This document shows positions 20,902 to 34,593 of a stretch of DNA of 64,000 bases, in pieces. This stretch comes from an uncultured Verrucomicrobiae bacterium. Lineage in GTDB: Bacteria; Verrucomicrobiota; Verrucomicrobiia; Chthoniobacterales; UBA10450. Numbering within the stretch: position 1 is the first letter of the stretch; every line of letters begins with the position of its first letter. A model generated the notes under the pieces. The model searched no databases, was not told the origin of the DNA, and saw only the letters and a list, made by a program, of their open reading frames with translations. The DNA is taken from contig CAVYXA010000003.1 in NCBI GenBank assembly GCA_963772365.1, positions 320,001 through 384,000 on the forward strand, written 5' to 3'. A program made the position numbers and the translations under genes.

Positions 20902-21258
20902 ATGGAAAAGATAAGATCGACATCGATATCATTGTTGATTGCGCTGGCGTTGGGTACGTCGGTCACGCCGCTTTCCGCGCACGATTGTATCTTTCCTCAA
21001 GCTTCTGCCAAACAGGTTTGTGCGAAGACCTGTTGCTCGGTGAAAGCATGCTGCGCCAAACCGGCCAAGGAGGATTCTTCGGCGGCGCAACCGCTCGCAA
21101 CCAATCCAACGGGACCGCAGTTTTTCTTTACTGGTTCTGCAAGCGTCGGAACAATCACTTACAATTTTCAGTCGGCCACTTCTCCTCTGGATCAGAGCGA
21201 ATTGAGGCCCGCAAACTCGCGGCTCCAACGAGCCCTTCTCTGCACGTTTCTTATCTGA
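20902..21258 (+). CDS. Small Cys-rich exported protein/leader upstream of the efflux operon
   Basis: Signal-like N-terminus, CAKTCCSVKACC cluster, C-terminal LLCTFLI. Confidence 0.7.
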   Translation: MEKIRSTSISLLIALALGTSVTPLSAHDCIFPQASAKQVCAKTCCSVKACCAKPAKEDSSAAQPLATNPTGPQFFFTGSASVGTITYNFQSATSPLDQSELRPANSRLQRALLCTFLI

Positions 21259-21338
21259 TTCGGGAGCGCTGACAGGCGCAGTGTGCCCATCGCCCGGCAC
21301 TCACTCTTCGAGCTCACATCGCTCGGACCCCGAATCTT

Positions 21339-22613
21339 ATGAAAAGAATTTACGTTTTAGTTTTTTGCAGCTTAATCATTAGCAAATTCGTTAACGCTGA
21401 GCCAGTCGACAGGCTGGTGAGGGAAGTCTTGCGCCAAAATCCGGCATTAGCGGCCGCTCGCGCAAAATGGGAGGCGCTCCGGGAGCGGCCAACAATCGTC
21501 GGGTCGCTTCCCGATCCGACGGTGAGCTACGGCTATTTCTTCGACAATGTGGAAACTCGGGTTGGTGCGCAGAATCAAAGAGTCGGCGCATCGCAAAAGA
21601 TTCCGTTTCCCGCCAAGTTGTCGCTTGCCGCAAAAAAAGCGCGGCAGGAAGCGATCATCGCCAGGTGGGAATATCAGACGCTTGCGCGCGAGCTGATTCT
21701 GCGAGCGAAGATTGCCTACTACGATCTCTATCAAGTCGAGCGTTCGCGAGAGATCGTTAACTCTGAATTATCGCTTCTCGGCGCGATTACCAAAACTAGT
21801 CAGGTTCGTTATGAAACGGGCGAGACGCAGCAGGCCGACGTGCTGAGAGCGCAGGTAACGACGTCGGAAATTCAAAAACAGTTACTCGAGCTTTCTCAAC
21901 AACGTGAAGCTGCGCGGGCGCGTTTGAACGCGCTGCGAAATGCCCCGCAAAGCTCGGCAATTGAAGTGAGTTCGGAACTGCAAAATGCCGCATTGCCTGA
22001 TCGCTCACGCGCAATCGCCATTGCCTTGCAATATCGCCAGGAATTGCAGCAGGCCGGAGTGGCAATCGAGCGCGACAAAACCGGCCTCTCTCTCGCGCGG
22101 ATGGACCGGATCCCGGACTTCAGCTTCGGCGTCGATTACACCCAGGTGAATTCGAACGTTTTCTCCAATCCTCCGGATAACGGACACGATGCGCTCATGG
22201 GGTCCGTCAGTGTGAGCGTTCCGATTTGGTTCTGGAAATTGAACGCGGAAGAGCGCGAGGCCGCAAGACATCTCGATCAGAGCCGGGCCGCGGCCGCCGA
22301 TGTTCGCAACAGTGTGGAGGCGGATGTGCAATCGGCTTGGTTCCGCGCGCAACTGTCGCACGATCAACTCCTACTCTACCGGCAAACGCTCGTGCCGCAG
22401 GCCCAGCAAAGTTTCGATGCTACCCGCGCTGGATATGAGTCGGCCAAAAATAACTTTATCGACTTGCTCGACAGCGAACGCGCGCTTCTGGCGTTGCGGC
22501 TGGGCGAAGTCATGAGCGAAGCCGACCTCGCTCGCGCGCTGGCCCAGCTTGAACGCGCCATCGGCGTGGATTTAAGCGTGATCGGGAAGCGGAAGGAGCA
22601 CGACTTAAAATGA
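21339..22613 (+). CDS. TolC/CusC-family outer membrane efflux protein
   Basis: NPALAAAR, LPDP, SQKIPFPAKL, SVPIW, FIDLLDSERAL; first gene of the RND operon. Confidence 0.9.
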   Translation: MKRIYVLVFCSLIISKFVNAEPVDRLVREVLRQNPALAAARAKWEALRERPTIVGSLPDPTVSYGYFFDNVETRVGAQNQRVGASQKIPFPAKLSLAAKKARQEAIIARWEYQTLARELILRAKIAYYDLYQVERSREIVNSELSLLGAITKTSQVRYETGETQQADVLRAQVTTSEIQKQLLELSQQREAARARLNALRNAPQSSAIEVSSELQNAALPDRSRAIAIALQYRQELQQAGVAIERDKTGLSLARMDRIPDFSFGVDYTQVNSNVFSNPPDNGHDALMGSVSVSVPIWFWKLNAEEREAARHLDQSRAAAADVRNSVEADVQSAWFRAQLSHDQLLLYRQTLVPQAQQSFDATRAGYESAKNNFIDLLDSERALLALRLGEVMSEADLARALAQLERAIGVDLSVIGKRKEHDLK

Positions 22614-24055
22614 AAACGCCCACATTGCTCATTACCTTTGTGCCAGATCGATTGGTAGGGCGCGATTGCCGATCGCGCCGCAACGCGCGAATGGTCGCGC
22701 GCCGCGACGGACGGCCCGGCGGTCCGTCCCTACCAATCATTCTGACGACCGTTTTACTTCTTTTGGGAACTTTTATTTCTGGCTGCTCGAAAAAAGAAGA
22801 ATCAATGATTTCGGATGAAAGCGGCGACCACAATCACTCGGTCCCGAGTTCGAAGCCTTCAAGCGGCAAGCAGCTTTACCAATGCTCGATGCATCCCAAC
22901 GTCATTTCGGATCAGCCGGGAAAATGCCCGATCTGCGGAATGGATTTACAACCGGTCAAACAGATCAAGGAGAAAGGAATTCAAGGTCGTGCTCCGGTCC
23001 AGCTGACAGGTGTGCAGCAGCAGTTGATCAACATTCGCGTCGCGCCGGTGGAACGTACCGAGGCAGCGCGAACAATTCGCGCCGTTGGTTCCATCACTTA
23101 CGACGAAACCAAGGTTGCCGATCTCAACAGCAAAGTGAAAGGCTGGGTCCAGAAACTGTATGTCGATAAGCCAGGACAATCGGTCGACATGGGCGAGCCG
23201 CTGATGGCGCTCTATAGCCCGGACCTTTACTCGACCCAGCAGGAATATTTGCTCGCCTATCAAAGACCACCCGGCTCCGGGAAAGCTGCGGGACTGAGCG
23301 CCCAAATGCGCAAATTCTCTTCCGAGAATAGCCAGGCCGAACGGTCGCTTCTTCAATCCGCACGAAAACGGCTGGAGCTTTGGGACATCAGCGCTGCCCA
23401 AATCAAAGCGCTGGAGGAATCCGCCACACCGAAAGACACGCTGGAACTTACTGCGCCCAGGAAAGGAGTCGTCGTGAAAAAAAATGTTTTTCCTAACCAG
23501 ATGATCAGTCCGGGCATGCTTCTCTATCGGATCGCGGATCTTTCCGAGGTTTGGCTCGATGCGGAGATCTATGAATATGAATTGCCGCTGATCCGGCTCG
23601 GCCAGAAAGCGGACATCAGTGTCGGTGCCTACCCGGACAAAACGTTCGAAGGCGAGATCTCGTTCATCTATCCATATCTGCAAGACAAAACGCGCACCGC
23701 CAAGGTGCGTCTCGTCTTGGAAAACCCCGGAGAACTGCTCAAGCCCGGCATGTATGCGAACGTAACGATCAAATCTGGTCTGGGCGATCAGCTCACGGTG
23801 CCGGCAAGCGCGATTTTCGACACCGGAACGCGGCAATATGTTTTCGTGCAGGTTCAAAACGGCGTTTTCGCGCCAAAGGAAATCAAGCTTGGTCCAAAGA
23901 GCGGCGAGCGCGTTGTCGTTACAAAAGGCCTAGAAGACGGCGAACAAGTGGTGGTGGATGGAAACTTTCTGCTCGACAGCGAGAGCCAACTCAAAGCCGC
24001 CGCAAACGGCAGCATGCAGATGCCCATGTCCCAAACAGAAGATCATCATCACTGA
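22610..24055 (+). CDS. cusB: CusB-like RND periplasmic adaptor with heavy-metal-binding domain
   Basis: YQCSMHP...PGKCPICGMDL, YSPDLYSTQQEYL, LKPGMYA, GNFLLDSESQL. Confidence 0.85.
   Translation: MKTPTLLITFVPDRLVGRDCRSRRNARMVARRDGRPGGPSLPIILTTVLLLLGTFISGCSKKEESMISDESGDHNHSVPSSKPSSGKQLYQCSMHPNVISDQPGKCPICGMDLQPVKQIKEKGIQGRAPVQLTGVQQQLINIRVAPVERTEAARTIRAVGSITYDETKVADLNSKVKGWVQKLYVDKPGQSVDMGEPLMALYSPDLYSTQQEYLLAYQRPPGSGKAAGLSAQMRKFSSENSQAERSLLQSARKRLELWDISAAQIKALEESATPKDTLELTAPRKGVVVKKNVFPNQMISPGMLLYRIADLSEVWLDAEIYEYELPLIRLGQKADISVGAYPDKTFEGEISFIYPYLQDKTRTAKVRLVLENPGELLKPGMYANVTIKSGLGDQLTVPASAIFDTGTRQYVFVQVQNGVFAPKEIKLGPKSGERVVVTKGLEDGEQVVVDGNFLLDSESQLKAAANGSMQMPMSQTEDHHH
22650..22738. repeat. 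GTAG-type REP doublet in-frame in the cusB signal peptide region
   Basis: GATTGGTAGGGCGCGATTGCCGATCGCGCCG...CGGACGGCCCGGCGGTCCGTCCCTACCAATC. Confidence 0.85.
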
Positions 24056-24067
24056 GAGTGAAGAGTC

Positions 24068-24146
24068 GAAACGGCGACGCGGCGAGGCGGAGAAGAAATA
24101 ATGAAGCAAAACGAAACGGTGAAACGGCGAATCGGTGAAACGGCGA
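24068..24146. repeat. Octamer tandem repeat (GAAACGGY) spanning the cusA start
   Basis: GAAACGGC GACGCGGC GAGGCGGA ... GAAACGGT GAAACGGC GAATCGGT GAAACGGC. Confidence 0.75.
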
Positions 24147-27100
24147 GAAAACCGTCTGCCGCCTCAACGCTCACTGAGCGTCTCATCGCCTGGTGCGCCA
24201 ACAATCGTTTCCTGGTTTTGATCTGTGTTTTTTTCGCGATTGCTGCCGGGGTTTTTGCCATTCGAAACATTCCGCTGGATGCGATCCCGGACCTGTCTGA
24301 CGTGCAGGTGATCGTCTTTACGGAATGGCCGGGTCGTGCGCCGACCATTGTCGAAGATCAAGTCACGTATCCGATTGTCAGCACTCTCGCGGCGGCGCCG
24401 AAGGTGAAATATGCCCGCGGCCAAAGCTTTTTCGGGCTTTCGTTCGTGAACGTCATTTTCGAGGACGGCACCGACATCTACTGGGCGCGCTCGCGCGTTC
24501 TGGAATATCTCAACCAGGTCCGTAATCAGTTACCGGAAAATGTGAACCCTGTGCTGGGCCCGGACGCGACCGGTGTTGGTTGGGTTTACGAATACGCGCT
24601 GGTTGACGATTCGGGAAAGCACAGCCTGGCCGAGCTGCGATCGTTTCAAGATTGGAGGCTGCGCTATTACCTGCAAAACACCCCGGGCGTGGCGGAGGTG
24701 GCTTCGTTAGGCGGTTACGTCAATCAGTACCAGATCGATGTCGATCCTAACAAGCTGGTCGCGTTTCATATCCCGATCAATCGTTTGATCGAGGCCATTC
24801 GCGCCTCGAATAATGACGTCGGCGGGCGCGTGGTCCAATTCGGCGAAACCGAATACATGGTCCGCGGCGAGGGTTACATCAGGAACCTCGCCGACATTGA
24901 AAAAGTCGTGATCGGCACCGGCGACAACGGGGTGCCGGTCACCGTTACGGACGTCGCCAATGTCCATCGCGGCCCGGATATCCGGCGCGGCCTGCTCGAC
25001 CTGGATGGAAAGGGAGAAGCTGTTGGCGGCATCGTAGTCATGCGTTATGGCGAGAACGCGCTCCAGACCATTAATGCTGTCAAAAAGAAGCTCGCAGATT
25101 TCAAATCGTCCCTTCCTCCGGGCGTCCGCATCGTCACCGGTTACGATCGCTCCGATCTCATCAAGCGCGCGATTGCGACGCTGCGCTCGAAGTTGATCGA
25201 GGAAAGCATTATCGTTAGTCTGATCTGTCTTTTATTCCTATTCCATTTCCGCAGCGCTCTGGTCGCGATCCTGACGTTGCCTATCGCGATTCTGCTCTCG
25301 TTCATTCCGATGCACGCGCTCGGACTCTCATCGAATATCATGTCGTTAGGTGGAATCGCGATTGCCATTGGTGCGATGGTGGACGCAGCCATCGTCATGG
25401 TCGAGAACGCACACAAATGGCTCGAGCGATGGGAACATGCCCGATTGAAACGCGATCGGGAAGGACAAGCCGCTCTTTCTCCAGCCGAACTGGAAGTCGT
25501 GAATCTGAGTCGGGTTCGCGTGATCGTAAGAGCGGCACAACAGGTAGGCCGGCCGCTCTTTTTCTCACTGCTCATCATCACCGTTTCGTTTCTGCCCGTC
25601 TTCTCCCTGCAAGCCCAGTCCGGCCGGCTATTCAAGCCGCTGGCCTACACCAAGACTTTCGCCATGTTTTTTGCTGCGCTGCTTTCGATCACGCTCGCGC
25701 CGATCCTGATGGTCTGGTTCATTCGAGGGAAAATCCCCGACGAATCGAAAAATCCCATCAACCGTTTCCTGATCTGGATCTATCAACCGCTCGTTCGCCT
25801 GGTTCTGCGCCACCGCTGGGCCACGCTTGTGACCGCCGCTGTGATTCTCCTGCTAACTGTGATTCCGCATTCCCGGATCGGGTCGGAATTCATGCCGCCG
25901 CTAAACGAAGGAAGTCTTCTTTATATGCCGACTGCTGTGCCGGGCGTCGCGATCAGCGAGGCGAAACGAATTCTTCAGACGCAGGATCAGATCATTGCGA
26001 AGTATCCAGAAGTTGCACGCGTTTACGGTAAGGTGGGCCGCTCGCGCAGCGCGACGGATCCCGCCCCGCTGTCGATGGTCGAGACGGTCATCACCTTGAA
26101 GCCGGAAAATCAGTGGCGACACGGGATGACTTTCGACAAAATCAAACAGGAACTCGGGAAACGTCTTCCTTTCCCCGGTATGCCGGCGATCTGGTGGATG
26201 CCGATCCAGACTCGCATCGAGATGATGGCCACGGGAATTCGCAGTCAAATCGGCATCAAAGTGCTCGGCAGCGATTTGGCGAAGATCGAACAGATCGCAA
26301 CTCAAATCGAAGGTCTGCTCCGAGACGCGCCGCATACATCGTCGGCTTTCGCCGAACGCCTCACCGGAGGCTATTACGTCGATTTCAAAATCAAACGGGA
26401 CGCGATCGCCCGGTACGGCCTTCGCGTGAGCGATGTCCAAGATGTCATCGAAAGCGCCATTGGCGGGAAAAACATTTCCATGACGGTGGAAGGTCGCGAT
26501 CGCTTTCCGATCAACGTGAGGTATGCGCGTGATTTTCGCACGGACCTTCCGGCGTTGCGCCGCGTTCTGGTGGCGACGCCGGGCGGCGCACAGGTCCCGC
26601 TGGAACAGCTCGCGCAGATCGGACTTAGCACCGGACCACCTTCCATTCGTGATGAGAACGGTGTTTTGGCCGGCTTCGTTTTTGTAGACACGGCGGGAAT
26701 CGATCTTGGGACCTACGTCGAGAGCGCGAAGAAACTCATTGCCGCTCACGTAAAGCTGCCGCCCGGATACTACATTCAGTGGGGCGGCCAATATCAATAT
26801 CTGGTCAAGGCCCGTGAAAACCTTCGTATCGCCATCCCCATCACGCTTCTGATCATTTTCCTCCTCCTCTACCTAAACTTCCGCAATGTGACCGAAACGT
26901 TGATCGTGATGTTGAGCGTCCCGTTTGCGCTGGTCGGCGGAGTCTGGCTGCTCTATTTGCTGGGTTACAACTACAGCGCCGCGGTCGCAGTCGGTTTCAT
27001 CGCTCTGGCCGGTGTCGCGGCAGAAACCGGCGTTGTCATGATTGTTTACCTCGACGAAGCGTGGCAAGATTTGAAACATCGTATCGTCCATCCGCGCACG

Positions 27101-27406
27101 CACGACCTCTACGATGCGGTCATGATTGGCGCAGTCCAGCGCGTCCGGCCGAAGATGATGACCGTGATTGCGATCATTGCGGGTCTGCTTCCGATCATGT
27201 GGAGCCACGGTGCCGGCGCAGACACGATGAAACGCATCGCCGCGCCGATGGTGGGCGGCATGGTCAGTTCGACCATTCTGACGCTGCTGATTATTCCCGC
27301 CATTTACTTCCAGTGGCGGCGTCGGCAATTGGAGGACAGGAGCGAACAGGCCGCAGTTATCTCATCCGCCCAAGCATTTTCGCAGGAGGCTCAAGAGGTC
27401 CGATGA
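24101..27406 (+). CDS. cusA: CusA/SilA-type Cu(I)/Ag(I) RND efflux permease
   Basis: DAIPDLSDVQVI, GPDATGVGWVYEYAL, AIAIGAMVDAAIVMVEN; Met-triad positions LLYMP, PLSMVET, RIEMM. Confidence 0.93.
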   Translation: MKQNETVKRRIGETARKPSAASTLTERLIAWCANNRFLVLICVFFAIAAGVFAIRNIPLDAIPDLSDVQVIVFTEWPGRAPTIVEDQVTYPIVSTLAAAPKVKYARGQSFFGLSFVNVIFEDGTDIYWARSRVLEYLNQVRNQLPENVNPVLGPDATGVGWVYEYALVDDSGKHSLAELRSFQDWRLRYYLQNTPGVAEVASLGGYVNQYQIDVDPNKLVAFHIPINRLIEAIRASNNDVGGRVVQFGETEYMVRGEGYIRNLADIEKVVIGTGDNGVPVTVTDVANVHRGPDIRRGLLDLDGKGEAVGGIVVMRYGENALQTINAVKKKLADFKSSLPPGVRIVTGYDRSDLIKRAIATLRSKLIEESIIVSLICLLFLFHFRSALVAILTLPIAILLSFIPMHALGLSSNIMSLGGIAIAIGAMVDAAIVMVENAHKWLERWEHARLKRDREGQAALSPAELEVVNLSRVRVIVRAAQQVGRPLFFSLLIITVSFLPVFSLQAQSGRLFKPLAYTKTFAMFFAALLSITLAPILMVWFIRGKIPDESKNPINRFLIWIYQPLVRLVLRHRWATLVTAAVILLLTVIPHSRIGSEFMPPLNEGSLLYMPTAVPGVAISEAKRILQTQDQIIAKYPEVARVYGKVGRSRSATDPAPLSMVETVITLKPENQWRHGMTFDKIKQELGKRLPFPGMPAIWWMPIQTRIEMMATGIRSQIGIKVLGSDLAKIEQIATQIEGLLRDAPHTSSAFAERLTGGYYVDFKIKRDAIARYGLRVSDVQDVIESAIGGKNISMTVEGRDRFPINVRYARDFRTDLPALRRVLVATPGGAQVPLEQLAQIGLSTGPPSIRDENGVLAGFVFVDTAGIDLGTYVESAKKLIAAHVKLPPGYYIQWGGQYQYLVKARENLRIAIPITLLIIFLLLYLNFRNVTETLIVMLSVPFALVGGVWLLYLLGYNYSAAVAVGFIALAGVAAETGVVMIVYLDEAWQDLKHRIVHPRTHDLYDAVMIGAVQRVRPKMMTVIAIIAGLLPIMWSHGAGADTMKRIAAPMVGGMVSSTILTLLIIPAIYFQWRRRQLEDRSEQAAVISSAQAFSQEAQEVR

Positions 27407-28884
27407 AATCCAGCGCGATCGTTATAATCGCCGTGGGAATGTTGGTGATTCCATTCTCGCTGTTGTCATTCGCAGCCGAGCAGCCGCGACAGGCTTCGGC
27501 GTCGTCTAAGTACACGTGTTTGATGCACCCGGAAGTGATCAGCGACAAACCGGGAGAGTGTCCGAAATGCGGCATGAAGCTTGTGCCACTGAAATCGCAG
27601 CGATCGGAGAATCGATCGGTCGTTTCGGCTTCACACGAAACGTCCGCCGCCCCCGGCCACGAAATGAGCATGCAGTCGTCGATCAACATTGCCGAACCGA
27701 TGTCGATCGAGAGTTCGGGAACGGCGTGGATTCCGGAGACAACTCCGATTTACGGAAAAATGTTCATGCTCGGTAATGATATGTTGATGCTGCATGGCGC
27801 GGCATTCCCGCGCTACACCAATGCGAGCACGCGACGCGGCGATGATCGCTTCGACATGCCCAATTGGTTCATGGCGATGTATTCGCATTTGCTCGATAGC
27901 AATTCACAAATTGGCGCACGCCTGATGATGAGTCTCGATCCGCTGACTGAAGGCGGACGCGGCTATCCGCTGTTATTTCAATCGGGTGAATCGTGGAACG
28001 ATGAGCCGCTTCACGATCGACAACATCCGCATGATTTGTTCGACGAATTATCGCTGAGCTATTCCCGCAAGGTTGCGGGCGATTTTTCCAGCTATCTTTA
28101 TTTTGGATATCCGGGCGAGCCTGCGCTTGGCCCCCCGACGTTCATGCATCGGCTCAGCGCAATGGACAATCCCGACGCGCCAATCGGCCATCATTGGATG
28201 GATTCGACCCACATTACCTTTGGCGTTGCGACTGGCGGACTAGTTTGGAAGAGCATTAAGCTCGAAGGAAGCATCTTTACAGGTCGTGAGCCCGACGAGA
28301 ACCGGTACGATTTCGACCGGCCGCGCTTCGATTCCTACAGCGGCAGAGTTTCCTGGAATCCGATGCCAAATCTGGCGTTACAAGTTTCCCATGGTTATCT
28401 GCACAGCCCCGAAGCGCTCGAGCCTGATGTGAATCAACATCGAACGACCGCCTCGGCGATCTACGATCTCCCGCTGGGGCCTGATTCGAACTGGTCGAGC
28501 TCGCTTGTATGGGCGCAGGATCGGAACTCTGGTGAGCGATCCACGCATGCATTTCTCGCCGAGTCCCAGTATCAACGGGGGCGCGATTCGGTTTACGTGC
28601 GTTGGGAGCGGGTCGAAAAATCAGGGCATGAGTTAGTTCTGGACGAAATGGATCATGACAAGATTTTTGCGGTATCAGGCTATTCCATGGGTTACGTGCA
28701 CGATTTCGTGCATGATCGGGGGGTCGACGTCGGCCTCGGCGCGCAATTCACCTTCAATGAAATGCCCGATTATCTCGAAAAATACTACGGCGACGATTTG
28801 CCGTATTCGTTTCAGTTCTTTCTGCGTGTCCGGCCTTCCTTAATGAAGATGGACCACGCGCAGATGACGGGCATGACGAAGTGA
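27403..28884 (+). CDS. Heavy-metal-binding domain fused to a probable outer-membrane beta-barrel
   Basis: ATG 27403 overlaps the cusA stop; signal peptide, YTCLMHPEV...CPKCGMKL, SGTAWIP, GYPLLFQSGE, DRQHPHDLF, alternating beta strands. Confidence 0.75.
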   Translation: MKSSAIVIIAVGMLVIPFSLLSFAAEQPRQASASSKYTCLMHPEVISDKPGECPKCGMKLVPLKSQRSENRSVVSASHETSAAPGHEMSMQSSINIAEPMSIESSGTAWIPETTPIYGKMFMLGNDMLMLHGAAFPRYTNASTRRGDDRFDMPNWFMAMYSHLLDSNSQIGARLMMSLDPLTEGGRGYPLLFQSGESWNDEPLHDRQHPHDLFDELSLSYSRKVAGDFSSYLYFGYPGEPALGPPTFMHRLSAMDNPDAPIGHHWMDSTHITFGVATGGLVWKSIKLEGSIFTGREPDENRYDFDRPRFDSYSGRVSWNPMPNLALQVSHGYLHSPEALEPDVNQHRTTASAIYDLPLGPDSNWSSSLVWAQDRNSGERSTHAFLAESQYQRGRDSVYVRWERVEKSGHELVLDEMDHDKIFAVSGYSMGYVHDFVHDRGVDVGLGAQFTFNEMPDYLEKYYGDDLPYSFQFFLRVRPSLMKMDHAQMTGMTK

Positions 28885-28892
28885 TCCGCTCC

Positions 28893-29890
28893 TCAGGATT
28901 TTGTGACCGGATAACTTGAAAGCGCACGCATGTATTGAGCGCGCTCGAATGCACTCGGATCGGGACAATTCTGCTGGCTCATGCTGCCTTTGAGTTGCTC
29001 GACAGATTCGTATTCGTGTTCGTCAAGCCACTCGCGCATTTCGCGCTCGATCACGCGGATATGATCGATGCCGCGCCGCAACAGGATTGAGCAGAGCATC
29101 GTGACGTCGGCTCCGGCCATCAACATTTTCAACGCATCGGTGGCGCGATGAATTCCGCTGGTCGCGGCCAGGTTCGCACCGATCCGGCCGTATAAGAGCG
29201 CAATCCAGCGCATCGGCAACCGCATCGCCATCGGCGTGCTCAGCAAAATATTCGGACTGATTTCGAGCGTCTCCAGTTCGATATCCGGTTGATAGAATCG
29301 ATTGAACAAAACCAGCGCGTCGGCCCCATTGCGATCAAGACTGCGCGCGAACCGCGCGAAATTAGTGAAGAAAGGGCTCAGCTTTACCGCCACCGGGATC
29401 TTTACCTGCGCTTTCACCGAAGCGATAATTGTCAGGTAATCGTTCTCGATTTCGTCAGCGCTTTGATCGGGATTGGTCGGCACATTGTAGATGTTCAATT
29501 CCAACCCATCCGCGCCAGCCTGCTCGATCTCCCGGGCGTACTTCATCCAGCCACCGAAGGTGGTGCCATTGAGACTACCAATGATCGGAATATCGACCGC
29601 CGCTTTTGCCTGCGCGATGTGCTCGACATACGCCTCCGGGCCGACCTTGAACTCGGTGGGCTCGGCGAAATAAGTCAGCGCTTCGGGATGCGATTCCGCT
29701 CCTTGCTCGAGATAATAATGCAGCTCGTGATGTTCGCGGCGCAGTTGCTCTTCAAATAGGGAATGAAAGACAATGGCCGAAGCGCCCGCATCCTCCATGC
29801 GTTTGATGTTGTTGATGTCCTGCGAAAGCGGTGATGCCGAGGGCACCAACGGCGTGCGCAATTGAAAACCGAGATAAGTAGTAGCGAGGT

Positions 29891-29894
<4 letters not shown>
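28893..29894 (-). CDS. Dihydroorotate dehydrogenase-like flavoprotein (PFOR-associated)
   Basis: LATTYLG...SASPL, SLFEEQ, VAVKLSPFF, LFNRFYQPD, FERAQYM; ATGA-coupled to PFOR. Confidence 0.88.
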
Positions 29895-33523
<3,629 letters not shown>

Positions 33524-33601
33524 AAGCGAATTTCAAATTCGCCCAGAGGTTAAACGCGGCCGCGCGGAAGCGATGTACACTCCTTGCTTTTTGCTGTGCA
33601 G

Positions 33602-34492
33602 TTATTGCGGGGGCAATTTGGCTATTTCGTTGATCACTTCCTGCGGTTTCCAGCCGTTGCCTCTCCAAATCTGAATGATCTTGCCGCCCGGCCCGATCAA
33701 GGCCGTGGCTAACCCATGGGAGATGGTGCCCCCTTCCGGTTGGACGTAAACGGAGAATGCGGCGGTGAGCTTGTCGATCTCCGCTGCGTCACCGGTCGCA
33801 AATGTCCAGATGCTCGGGTCCGCGTTTTGGTAATCGGCGTATTTGGCGAGCACTTCGGGAGTGTCGAATGCCGGATCGATGGTAATGCTTAACAGTTTCG
33901 TTTGGCTTAACGTAGCCTGACCGGTTTTTATCGCGGTTTGAATTTGAAAGAAATTTTGCGACATGCGTGGGCAAAACGTCGGCAGCGGACAACGAGTGAA
34001 AACAAAGGTGAGGACGAAGGGCGCGCCGCGAAATTTCTCCAGCGTGACGCGTTGTCGGTTTTGATCGACAAGGTCGAATGGCGGCATCTGGTCACCCTGG
34101 TGCAACCGGGCCGACGATGCCGCCGGACGCGCCGGCGACGGTTTCGGCGGTGGCAAATGAACTTCACTGGCCGCGATTGTTTTTACCTTGTCGATCCAAA
34201 CGTCTTCGTCCGTGACATTGAGCCGAAACGAAATTGCGTCACCGATCCTTAGACTGGCAATTTTCTGCGGATCATGCGCAGAGAGCGGCATTGTCATCGA
34301 GGGCATGAAACCGCGAATGTCTTCATGCTCAATGTCGATAGTTCGATGGTCCGGCGCCAGGCCGCGAATGATCCCTCGCGCTTCATAATGACGCGCGCTG
34401 TCATCGTGAGCCTGCGGAGCACGGTGACACGCACCGAGCGCGCCCGCGATGCAGAGCAACGCGATCAGGTCAAGTCCTCGAAATTTTCCCAT
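33602..34492 (-). CDS. Lipoprotein: CusF-like Cu-binding domain plus SCO/SenC domain
   Basis: Lipobox LGAC; IEHEDIRGFMPSMTMP; FTRCPLPTFCP and ISHGLAT. Confidence 0.88.
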   Translation of the reverse strand: MGKFRGLDLIALLCIAGALGACHRAPQAHDDSARHYEARGIIRGLAPDHRTIDIEHEDIRGFMPSMTMPLSAHDPQKIASLRIGDAISFRLNVTDEDVWIDKVKTIAASEVHLPPPKPSPARPAASSARLHQGDQMPPFDLVDQNRQRVTLEKFRGAPFVLTFVFTRCPLPTFCPRMSQNFFQIQTAIKTGQATLSQTKLLSITIDPAFDTPEVLAKYADYQNADPSIWTFATGDAAEIDKLTAAFSVYVQPEGGTISHGLATALIGPGGKIIQIWRGNGWKPQEVINEIAKLPPQ

Positions 34493-34545
34493 GCAGCAAT
34501 TGAAATCGCGGCCCGAATCCGTCTAGGAAAAAATCGCTGGAAACC

Positions 34546-34559
34546 TTGATCTGCATCAA
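34546..34559. promoter_or_regulatory. Perfect FNR/DNR box
   Basis: TTGAT-CTGC-ATCAA, centred 41.5 bp upstream of ATG 34594; TACTCT at 34582-34587. Confidence 0.9.
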
Positions 34560-34593
34560 GGCCGGTCGCGGCAGCTGGACCTACTCTGGAGCC

